Part shown: positions 29,699 through 38,253 of the stretch, in pieces
Numbering within the stretch: the stretch's first letter is position 1
How the letters are laid out: every line of letters begins with the position of its first letter
Source of the DNA: Myxococcales bacterium
GTDB lineage: Bacteria > Myxococcota_A > Polyangia > Polyangiales > Polyangiaceae
NCBI GenBank assembly: GCA_043747615.1
Contig: JAYTOU010000055.1
Coordinates: forward strand, 1 to 57,332
DNA length: 57,332 bases
Reading direction: 5' to 3'
The notes under the pieces: model-generated
What the model saw: only the letters and a program-made list of their open reading frames with translations
What the model was told of the DNA's origin: nothing
Databases searched by the model: none
Position numbers and translations under genes: made by a program

Positions 29699-31389
29699 GG
29701 GAAGTGTCCTCCTTGGCCGATGCACGCTTGCTTGTGCTGTTCGCAGAGCTTCTGGATGTTGACGTCTGTCCCGAACGACGGATGATTGCAGAAACGCCCG
29801 GCTTGCGTGCACTCGGGTGGCTGAGGCTTCGGTGGCGCGACGGGCGGCGGAGGAGTTGGGGGAGGTGGGGCCGGAGGCGTGACGGGTGGCGGTGCTGGAG
29901 GTGTGGCCGGGGGCGTCGCCGCAGGAGTAGTACCAGCGCCGCTCGTCGGCGGGGCGGGAGGTTTGCCGCCTACCTTCGGAGAGACGGGCCCGTGCTGCGT
30001 TGGCGTAAGCGTGGTGAGCGGCGTTCCAGATTTCGCGGGAGCGGTCGGCGTCGGGTCCGCCGGCGGCGGCGTGATGTTCGTCTCCGGGACCACCGACGTG
30101 TCGATACCGCTGAAGTCGGCCGTTTTCTTCGTGCCGTGAAGCACCCCGGTGCCAACGAGAATGCCCCCGATGCTCAGGAAGGTGAGAACGCCGATAGCAC
30201 CAAAAATAAGCCCTTTTCCGCGCCCAGGCTCACCACCATCGCTTGCGGCAGCGTAGGCGTGGTTCCCTGCCGCAGGTGTACCGAACGCTCCATGCGGGGC
30301 TGGCGGTGCAGCGGGGCTGGTCGTTGCGACCGATGAGCCGAAGCCCGCAGGCGCCTGCATGGGCGCTCCCATTTCCGTTTTTCCGCGCCCGGAAGCACCG
30401 GCCGGCTCAGGGGCTGCGATCGGCGCCGTTCCTCCGCGACCGCTCGTTACGACGCTCGAGGAGACAAGACCAGCGGCGAGCTTGCCGCTCCCGAACGCGT
30501 CCATGAACTCGCGGACCGACGAGAAGCGATTCTCGGGCAGCTTCTCGAGCGCCTTCATGATCGCGTTTCGCATCTGCACGGGCACGTGGGCACCGAGCGG
30601 CGTCGTATCCATGGGAATCGGGGCCTGCGTCATGTGCTGCGTCGCCCACTCCCACGCCGTATTTCCCGCGAACGGAAGCTTCCCGGTGAGCATCTCGTAG
30701 GCCATGACACCGAGCGAATAAATATCGCTGCGCGCGTCGATCGGCTTTCCCGTGAACTGCTCCGGGCTCATGTATGGCGGCGTGCCCAGCACCATCCCCT
30801 GCTGGGTCAGCTTCTGTTCTTCCTTGTCCTCTTCGTGGCTGCTTCGCTTGGCGATTCCGAAGTCGAGCACCTCGACCCAGTCGCTCTCTCCTGCGCGCTC
30901 GCAAAGGAGGATGTTGTCCGGCTTCAGATCGCGATGGATGATCCCGTGGGCGTGCGCTTCGGTGAGCGACCCGGTGACCTGCGAAAGAACTTTCTCGACA
31001 CGGGCGGGCGGCATCGGCCCATCTTTTTCGAGGATCTCGCCGACGCTTCGTCCCTCGACGTACTCCATCACGATGTAGAGGAGGCCTTCGTCGGACTTGC
31101 CGAAATCGTAGATGGCGATGGTGTTCGGGTGCTGAAGCTCGGCCACCGTGCCGCACTCACGCTCGAAGCGCGCCAGAATTTTCGGATCGTGAGACAGGTG
31201 CGGATGGAGCGTTTTTACGGCCACCTTGCGCGCCGTTGAGCCGAGCATCTGCTCGCCGAGGTAGACCGCGCCCATGCCTCCCTCACCGAGGAGCTTGAGG
31301 AGCTTGTAGCGGCCGCCGAGCACGGTGCCGATCAGCGCGGAGGACTGCGTCTCTTCATTCGCCGCGCCGCCTTCGTCATTGGGAGTCAC
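29695..31389 (-). CDS. Transmembrane Ser/Thr protein kinase with periplasmic Pro-rich stalk and 4-Cys module
   Basis: LGEGGMGAVY, VAVK, HRDLKPDN, DFGIA, GTPPYMSPE; TM GLIFGAIGVLTFLSIGGILVG; C-terminal CTQAGRFCNHP...C...C. Confidence 0.93.
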   Translation of the reverse strand: MTPNDEGGAANEETQSSALIGTVLGGRYKLLKLLGEGGMGAVYLGEQMLGSTARKVAVKTLHPHLSHDPKILARFERECGTVAELQHPNTIAIYDFGKSDEGLLYIVMEYVEGRSVGEILEKDGPMPPARVEKVLSQVTGSLTEAHAHGIIHRDLKPDNILLCERAGESDWVEVLDFGIAKRSSHEEDKEEQKLTQQGMVLGTPPYMSPEQFTGKPIDARSDIYSLGVMAYEMLTGKLPFAGNTAWEWATQHMTQAPIPMDTTPLGAHVPVQMRNAIMKALEKLPENRFSSVREFMDAFGSGKLAAGLVSSSVVTSGRGGTAPIAAPEPAGASGRGKTEMGAPMQAPAGFGSSVATTSPAAPPAPHGAFGTPAAGNHAYAAASDGGEPGRGKGLIFGAIGVLTFLSIGGILVGTGVLHGTKKTADFSGIDTSVVPETNITPPPADPTPTAPAKSGTPLTTLTPTQHGPVSPKVGGKPPAPPTSGAGTTPAATPPATPPAPPPVTPPAPPPPTPPPPVAPPKPQPPECTQAGRFCNHPSFGTDVNIQKLCEQHKQACIGQGGHFP

Positions 31390-31472
31390 TTCAGCACCTC
31401 GGTCATTGCGATTCGCAGTCTAGTTGCCCTTTAGACGTGAGCGACCACGGTTTCGGTCTTGCGCACATCTTC

Positions 31473-34145
31473 TCACTTCGAAGCGCCCATGGCACGCATG
31501 TGCTTGCTGACTTGTCCCGACAGGCCCGGCTGGTCATCCGGGTCGGTGAAGTCCCACTGCGCGGCGAGGCTTGCCTGCTTCGTCCCGCCCGGATTGCAGG
31601 CCGTCGGAGTGCTGTGAGGTTTGTACGTGTAGGGCGTAAAGTCGGGCGTCGACGTGAACGCGTCAAACGGGAGCGCGGCGTCGGCCACCTCCTCGCTCTG
31701 GTATGGCCGGGCGAAGATGTGCGCGAAGAGCTTGTGGAGCGACGACGCATCGATGTGCGTCTTGCTCACGAAGCCGCGTTTGAGCCACGGCGAGGCCATG
31801 AAGAGCGGTGTCCGATGATCTTCGACGTGGTCCGCGCCGCCCTGCGGATCATCCTCGGTTACAATGAAGAGCGTCGTCGCCCAGATCGGCGAATGACTGA
31901 GAGCATCGAGGAGCATGCCGGTGGCCTCGTCGTTCACCGCGATCATGAGCTGGGGCGTCGGCGCCAGCGCTTGCAAGCCAAGGGTGTGATCATTCGGAAG
32001 GCCGACGTAGGTGATCGATTTCAGATCGCACGTAGCGCGCGCGCGAGCGGCGACGTAGCAAGCCTTCTCGGTATCCGGTACGGCCTGCGCGTAGATGAGG
32101 CCCGGATAACCAGGGTCGAAGCCGTTGGCGGCGAGCCCGACGATCTCACCCATGTCGTCGTATGAGATCTCGTTTCGTTCTGCCCACGCGAAGAGGGACC
32201 CCTCGCGCGGCGAGCCTACGACCGTGTCGATGCCCGCTGTTGGCTGACGCGTATGCCGGCCCCACGTCGCGCTCCAGGTGCGCTCGATGAAGTCCGTCGA
32301 GCGTCCGTAGGTATTCCAGATGTGGCCCTGAAGTGATTGCTCGGCGTCGGTGTAGTAATTGTCGAAGAGCGTGTTGGCGCCGCCGATCGCCCGCGCGTTC
32401 GCCCAGTATTCGTCCATTTTTCCGGGGGACATGACGAGCGTCGGATCTCCGTTCACGCCTTTCAGATCGCCGAACACGGAGTCGAACGTTTTGTTTTCTC
32501 GGACGACGTAAACGACGTGTTTGATCTGCGCGCTCACCGCCCCCGAGTTGGTGAGCGGGATCGGAAAATCGTAGGCCGCGCCGGCCGGGCAGATCACGGT
32601 CGGGTACCCGAGGTCGGTCGTCGTTCGGCGCGAAGCTTGTGCAATCGCAGTCATGCCCACGAGGTCCGCCGCGGAGGGGCGAGGCACGAGGGCGATCGAG
32701 CCGTGGGTGAGCGCACCGTCGTCTTCCGCTTCGGCGAGGGTGGCCGGGCCGCTTCCGTGACCCTTGCCTGTGAGCACGACGAGGCTTCCGTCCTGACGCA
32801 CGCGCACAGCGGTGGGCCACCAAGCCGTCGGCACTTTGCCGCCCAGGGTGAGCGACCCGCCGAGATCGAAATCAAGCACTGCGAGCGCGTTTACCCCGGA
32901 GAGCGTGGCGTAGAGCCGGCGTGTCGCGGGGTCGTATGCGAGCGCGCCGGGCTGCGCACCCGTCCGCCCATTTTCATCGAGGTGCAGCGTCTGCAACGCT
33001 TGACCACTAACGGGATCGTAAACCGCGATGGTGTCGTCATCACTCGCGGCAACAGCGACATGCGTGCTGTCGAGAAAAGCGATGCCCTCCGGATTTTTCC
33101 CCGTCGGAAGGCGCGCGGTCACCGTGCGGGTAGCGAGATCGACGCGCAAGAGCGAGCGCGTGTCGAGCGCCGTCACCCAGAACGTGGCGCCGCCAGCGTC
33201 GGAAGGATCGCGGATCACGTCGAAGATTTCTTTCGCTCCGAGATCGATCGAGACCTCGGGCTTGGTCCGGCCGAGATCGATCACCCGGAGCGCGCTCTCC
33301 CCCGTGGAGGGAACGACGACAAGGCTCGCGCCATCGACGCTCATAGCCAACGCACCCGCGTGCCACTTCATGGTCGCGGCGGAACCGCTGGTCGAAGGCC
33401 CCAATCCCACGTCAGCGCTCGGCAAGCGCGCGAGCGCTCCCGTCCCGAGATCGATCGTGAACGCGTACGCCGTTCCGTCGGCGCCGCCAGAGGCGAAAAT
33501 GCGGTTCGGTGAGGCGAACGCTAACCCAAACTCGAGCTGCGTCGGCGACGGGAAGACAACAGTGGAGACGACGGCGGGCTGCCCGGCTGCAAGCTTGTCG
33601 AGATCGACGGCGTAGAGCGCGTTGTCGTCCACACCGCCGTCGCTGACGATCGCGAAGACGGAGCCCGGAACCAGGATCACGTTGAGCGGAAAGCCGCTCG
33701 CAACGCCCTTTGGGTGCAGCACCTGTTCGTTCCCCGCAGGCTCGATGAAGTGACCGTCGGGGAGATGCAGACGCCGCGGATTGGTCGTGTCGGGGCCCGC
33801 GACACCAACGGCGTCGCCGCTCGGCATCGTCGCCGTACAAACGCCCGTCACGGGAGCCGGCTGCTTCGTGCCATCGAAATCTCCACACGCGTCGGCGTGC
33901 GCCATCACCTTCCACGGACGGAGCGCGGGGCACGCGTACGGTTGCTCGGGCTCGGAGCATCCCCCGCATTTGTACACGCAGGACCGGAACTCACCGCACT
34001 TGAGAGCTTTGGCGTAGCCCTCCGGCGTCGTCAGGTCCGCCTCACACCCAGCATCGGGCACCATCATGAAATCATATGGATTCGTCGAGTCACAGCCGAA
34101 AAACGCGGCGAGAAGGACGAGCGCTGCAAGTTTCGAAGTCGTCAT
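31473..34145 (-). CDS. YncE-type beta-propeller plus phosphoesterase (alkaline-phosphatase superfamily) lipoprotein, copy 2
   Basis: Lipobox FFGC; PTAWWPT; IKHVVYVVRENKTFD..FGD; DNYY.DAEQS.QGH; PNDHT; EDDPQGGADHV..HRT. Confidence 0.85.
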   Translation of the reverse strand: MTTSKLAALVLLAAFFGCDSTNPYDFMMVPDAGCEADLTTPEGYAKALKCGEFRSCVYKCGGCSEPEQPYACPALRPWKVMAHADACGDFDGTKQPAPVTGVCTATMPSGDAVGVAGPDTTNPRRLHLPDGHFIEPAGNEQVLHPKGVASGFPLNVILVPGSVFAIVSDGGVDDNALYAVDLDKLAAGQPAVVSTVVFPSPTQLEFGLAFASPNRIFASGGADGTAYAFTIDLGTGALARLPSADVGLGPSTSGSAATMKWHAGALAMSVDGASLVVVPSTGESALRVIDLGRTKPEVSIDLGAKEIFDVIRDPSDAGGATFWVTALDTRSLLRVDLATRTVTARLPTGKNPEGIAFLDSTHVAVAASDDDTIAVYDPVSGQALQTLHLDENGRTGAQPGALAYDPATRRLYATLSGVNALAVLDFDLGGSLTLGGKVPTAWWPTAVRVRQDGSLVVLTGKGHGSGPATLAEAEDDGALTHGSIALVPRPSAADLVGMTAIAQASRRTTTDLGYPTVICPAGAAYDFPIPLTNSGAVSAQIKHVVYVVRENKTFDSVFGDLKGVNGDPTLVMSPGKMDEYWANARAIGGANTLFDNYYTDAEQSLQGHIWNTYGRSTDFIERTWSATWGRHTRQPTAGIDTVVGSPREGSLFAWAERNEISYDDMGEIVGLAANGFDPGYPGLIYAQAVPDTEKACYVAARARATCDLKSITYVGLPNDHTLGLQALAPTPQLMIAVNDEATGMLLDALSHSPIWATTLFIVTEDDPQGGADHVEDHRTPLFMASPWLKRGFVSKTHIDASSLHKLFAHIFARPYQSEEVADAALPFDAFTSTPDFTPYTYKPHSTPTACNPGGTKQASLAAQWDFTDPDDQPGLSGQVSKHMRAMGASK

Positions 34146-34148
34146 TTT

Positions 34149-36806
34149 TCAGTTCTTCGGAGCAGGGAGCCGACGAAGCGTCTCCCACGTTTGCTTGTCC
34201 AGGCCGGGCTGATCATCCGGCTCCGAGAAGTCCCAATTCTCTGCCGCCTTGGCGCCGGTCGTACCGGCTGGATTGCACGATAGGTCTTTATAGATGCGCG
34301 GCTTGTGCTTGAACGGCGTGTAATCCGGAGTGGAAGTGAAGAGATCAAGCGGCAACGCCGCGTTGGCGATGGTCGCGTTGCGGTACGGTTTTCCGAAGAC
34401 GTGCGAGATGAGCTTGTGGACGCTCGCGATGTCGTAGTGGCCGTGGCTCACGTAATCGCGCTTCACCCACGGCGAAGCGAAGAGCGCGATCGTGCGATGG
34501 AGATCAACGTGATCGCCCCCGGTGTTCGGATCGTCTTCTACGACCACGACCAGCGTCTCGGGCCACATCGGCGAATGGCTCACACCGTCGAGAAGCATTC
34601 CCGTGCCCTCGTCATTCGTGGAGATCATCAGCGCCGGATTGGGCTTGCCCGCCGCCAAACCGAAGCCGTGATCGTTGGTGAGCCACACGTACGTGAAGTC
34701 CTTCGGGTTGCAGAGGACGCGCGCGCGCGCGGCCACGTAGCAGGCTCCGAGTGTGTCGGGAATGGTGGCGTCGGTCGAGCCTCCGGGCCACCGCGGATCG
34801 CGCATCGAGAGACCGCCGATGAGCTCTCCCATGTTGTCGATCGAGACGTGCTGATCGACGAGCGACGAGAAGATGGTGCCCTCGACAGGAGTGGTCTCCC
34901 CGCCGACGCCCGGTGACGACGTCACGCCAAACTCGCCTCGCCCCCACGTGACGAGCCAGCGCCGCTCTGTGTAGTCGGTGGAGCGCCCAAACACCGTCCA
35001 GGCATGACCTTGGATCGATTGCTCTGCGTCCTCGTAGTAGTTGTCCATGTGCGCGAAGGCTTTTCCGATCGCCCGCGCGTTGCCCCAGATTTCTTCCATG
35101 TGGCCTGGCGCCATCACCAGGCTCGGGTCGCCGTCCAAGCCGGGCACGTCTCCGAAGATGTCGTCGAACGTCTTGTTTTCTCGGACGATCAAGATCACGT
35201 GCTTGATCTTGGTGCTCGGGCCGTCTTCGATTTTCTGAGGAATCGGAAAATCGTACGCCGCGCCTTTGCAGTCCACCTTGGAGTAACCGGCGATCTCCCC
35301 GACCTTGTTCTGCGTGTTGTACGTGCTGGTCGCCGCGGTCAGTGCGGGGGCATCCATGAACGCGATGGCCTGCACCGAACCGCGCATGCGATCGCCGACG
35401 AATCCATCGGAGAAATTCTGGGGAGCCTTCTTGTCGGTGCCGCCGCCGTGTCCTTTTCCGTTCGAGACGAAGACCGTTCCGTCGGCGGGATCGACCGCGA
35501 GCCCCGTTGGCCACCACGCTGAAGGCATGATTCCCGCGGGGGTGAGCGCGGGGACTGCGCCCGTGAGATCGACGTCGAAGACGGCGACGCCGTTGGTGGA
35601 GCTCAGCGTCGTATAGAGCCTTTTTCTCGGTGGGTCGTAGATGATCGCGGTGGGCCCAGCGCCTTTGTCGGCCACGGGGACTTCGCTCACGATGGTGCCG
35701 GCCGCGCGATCGAGAATAGAGATTGAGTCGCCGAGAGAGTTGGCGATGACCGCATACCGCACGTCCAAGAACGCGATCTCTTCAGGCGCTTTGCCGACGG
35801 CGACGGTGGTGGTGGCTTTCTTCGCCACGTCGATCTGCAAGAGGCGCATCTTGCGGGTGTCGGTCGCATCGACCGGGGCCGTCCACATGGTGGCGTAGGC
35901 CGTATTTCCTGCGGGGTCGTTGGGATCAAAGCGCACGGCGAACACGTCTTTTGCGCCGACGTCGAACTGTCCGATGGCCGCCCCGTGGTCGCCGTCGTCG
36001 ACGCTGAAGATGAGCATCTTGGTGTCCGAGGCTTGCCCGACGAGCAGAACCTTTCCGCTGGGAGAGATGGCGATCCCTTGAGCGATGGTGCCCTTCGGAA
36101 GCACGATGTCCTTCGCGGGATTCCGGGTAGCGACGCCCGCACCGACGTCGATCGTGAAGGCGTAGACCTTCGATTCGGGCGAGCCGCCCGCGGCGTAGAG
36201 CGTCTTGCTCGCGTCGCGATAAGCGAGCCCATAGTTGAGCGCTTGCGGCGCCGGGAATTTCACGAGCGAGGTGACAGGCGAAGCTGTGCCCATCCGAAGA
36301 ATCGAAGTGTCGACCATGCGAAGCGCGTGCGTGAGGTAGCCGTCGTCGCTCACGACCAGCCATTTCGTTCCGGGAAGGAGGAGCACGGAAGCCGGAAATC
36401 CGCCGCCGAGATCTGCTTCGTCGAAGACCCATTCCTTGCCCGCCGGTGCGAGCCTTCGGCCGTCCGGCAGAATGACTGGTGTCGCGGTCAGCGATGTCTT
36501 TGCAACTGCCTCGCCAGCGGGATCGGTGGCGACGCACGCACCGGGCACGACCTTCGGAAATGTCTTCCCATCGAAGTCACCGCACGCGACGTCGTGAGGA
36601 ATGTCGTTCCAATCCGCGAGGGCGGGACACACCCATGGTGTGGCCGATTCGGCGCAGCCTGGATTGCATTCGAGGGCACACGGCGGCGCCTGCCGGATGG
36701 ACTCGGTGAAATCATCGGGCGCAGGCAGAGGCGCTCGATTCTCCGACGAGCCGCACGAGGCGAGCGGAGTCGCAATGAGCAGGAGCCAAGGAGAGAGGCG
36801 AGTCAC
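34149..36806 (-). CDS. YncE-type beta-propeller plus phosphoesterase lipoprotein, copy 1
   Basis: Lipobox LASC; SAWWPT; IKHVILIVRENKTFD; DNYYEDAEQSIQGH; NDHG; EDDPNTGGDHVD.HRT. Start is GTG 36806 or 36812. Confidence 0.85.
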   Translation of the reverse strand: MTRLSPWLLLIATPLASCGSSENRAPLPAPDDFTESIRQAPPCALECNPGCAESATPWVCPALADWNDIPHDVACGDFDGKTFPKVVPGACVATDPAGEAVAKTSLTATPVILPDGRRLAPAGKEWVFDEADLGGGFPASVLLLPGTKWLVVSDDGYLTHALRMVDTSILRMGTASPVTSLVKFPAPQALNYGLAYRDASKTLYAAGGSPESKVYAFTIDVGAGVATRNPAKDIVLPKGTIAQGIAISPSGKVLLVGQASDTKMLIFSVDDGDHGAAIGQFDVGAKDVFAVRFDPNDPAGNTAYATMWTAPVDATDTRKMRLLQIDVAKKATTTVAVGKAPEEIAFLDVRYAVIANSLGDSISILDRAAGTIVSEVPVADKGAGPTAIIYDPPRKRLYTTLSSTNGVAVFDVDLTGAVPALTPAGIMPSAWWPTGLAVDPADGTVFVSNGKGHGGGTDKKAPQNFSDGFVGDRMRGSVQAIAFMDAPALTAATSTYNTQNKVGEIAGYSKVDCKGAAYDFPIPQKIEDGPSTKIKHVILIVRENKTFDDIFGDVPGLDGDPSLVMAPGHMEEIWGNARAIGKAFAHMDNYYEDAEQSIQGHAWTVFGRSTDYTERRWLVTWGRGEFGVTSSPGVGGETTPVEGTIFSSLVDQHVSIDNMGELIGGLSMRDPRWPGGSTDATIPDTLGACYVAARARVLCNPKDFTYVWLTNDHGFGLAAGKPNPALMISTNDEGTGMLLDGVSHSPMWPETLVVVVEDDPNTGGDHVDLHRTIALFASPWVKRDYVSHGHYDIASVHKLISHVFGKPYRNATIANAALPLDLFTSTPDYTPFKHKPRIYKDLSCNPAGTTGAKAAENWDFSEPDDQPGLDKQTWETLRRLPAPKN

Positions 36807-36813
36807 GCGCACG

Positions 36814-37347
36814 TCAGCCTCCGTCCATGGAGCGCGTTCGGACGGGCTCCGCATCAGCCGGAGGCCACGCAAGCGGGTAGCGCCGGTCGGTCGCGCGATC
36901 CCAGAGCTCGAGTCGTGTCCCTCGGGAGGTAGCCGGGAACATCACCCCGATGCGCGTCGTGAGCTTCTTGTCGAACGGCGCGGGGTGCGGGCCTCGGCCT
37001 GCGTCCTCGGGTATGTCGCCGCTGATCAGCATGGGAAAATCGAAGCGCACCCGCTCGACGAGCGTCGGCCCCTCGAACAGCTCGATGGCAAAGCGCCCCA
37101 TGACCCGAGGAGTGGCCTGCGGCGCGCCGAGCTCGATGTGATGCACCCCCAGAAGATAGATGTCTCCGGTTTGGTAACGAAGATCGAAAATCCATTGCCC
37201 GCGCTCGAACATCGGGGAGGGGTCCGGCGGGATGCGGGAGATCCCTCTGACGTCCTGGGCTTTCGGCGCTCCTGCGTCGGGTGTTGCCGAGACGATTCCG
37301 GCGATGAAGAGTCCGGTCGTCGCCAGAGCGAAGGTCAGAGTACGCAC
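36814..37347 (-). CDS. Hypothetical exported protein
   Basis: Signal-like N-terminus (RTLTFALATTGLFIAGIVSA); co-oriented and abutting both neighbours. Confidence 0.6.
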   Translation of the reverse strand: MRTLTFALATTGLFIAGIVSATPDAGAPKAQDVRGISRIPPDPSPMFERGQWIFDLRYQTGDIYLLGVHHIELGAPQATPRVMGRFAIELFEGPTLVERVRFDFPMLISGDIPEDAGRGPHPAPFDKKLTTRIGVMFPATSRGTRLELWDRATDRRYPLAWPPADAEPVRTRSMDGG

Positions 37348-38243
37348 GATATAGCGATATCCCACGCCGACGCGTCGCCGCCAAGCGCGCTCCACACATT
37401 GGTGAGATCCGCAGGCAAGGCGGCGGAGGCCTCGAACACCCGACCGTCCGGCGTTTTGATGGTGACCCTGGCGGCGTGAAGAAGGATGCGCCGCGGACTG
37501 AGCACTTTTCCAGAGGGGAGCGTGAGACGCACCGCGCCTCCGTAGACGCGATCGCCGACGAACGGTGCGCCGGCATGGGAAGCATGGACCCGCAACTGAT
37601 GCGTGCGTCCGGTGATCGGCGCGAGCGCGAGGAGGCTGAAATTTCCGGCCCGTGCCACCAACCGAAATTTCGAGCGCGCGTGGGTGGCTTCTTTTCCGCG
37701 CACCCGTCGATGCCGCGGATCATTGGCCCGCCCGATGGGCTCATCCCATTCTCCTTCCTCGCCGCTCGGAGCGCCGCTCGCGATCGCCACGTAGCGTCGC
37801 GCATAGCTCCCTTCTTCACGCGCGGCCTTAAGGAGGGTGATTCCCTTCGTCGTGAGCGCGAAGACCACCACGCCGCTCACCTCGCGATCGAGGCGCGACG
37901 TGGGATGAAGGTCCGATATTTTGCGATCGGTCTGTCGCGCTAGCTCCGCCACCAGGGTGTGTGTCGCGCCGGCGTGATCGGCGATCGTTGGCATCCCCGC
38001 GGGCTTCTCGACGGCGACCATGTTCGCGTTCGAGGCGAGGATGCGCACGCCGTCGAGCGAGCCCGACTGCGGTGGAGCGATGCTGATCTCTTCGCCCATG
38101 CGAACTGGCTCGGTGCCCACCAGCACTCGACGCCGACCGAGAAAAACACGGCCTTCGGCGATCGCGCGAGGATCACCGCCCGCCGCGTGGACGATCTCCT
38201 CGACGGTCTCGCCGTCCTCCAGTCGAACGACCCAGCGCTTCAT
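37335..38243 (-). CDS. RluA-family pseudouridine synthase
   Basis: VEKPAGM, SRLDREVSG (catalytic Asp), ITGRTHQLRVH, GDRVYG, LLHA. Confidence 0.92.
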   Translation of the reverse strand: MKRWVVRLEDGETVEEIVHAAGGDPRAIAEGRVFLGRRRVLVGTEPVRMGEEISIAPPQSGSLDGVRILASNANMVAVEKPAGMPTIADHAGATHTLVAELARQTDRKISDLHPTSRLDREVSGVVVFALTTKGITLLKAAREEGSYARRYVAIASGAPSGEEGEWDEPIGRANDPRHRRVRGKEATHARSKFRLVARAGNFSLLALAPITGRTHQLRVHASHAGAPFVGDRVYGGAVRLTLPSGKVLSPRRILLHAARVTIKTPDGRVFEASAALPADLTNVWSALGGDASAWDIAISCVL

Positions 38244-38253
38244 TGCTTCATCT

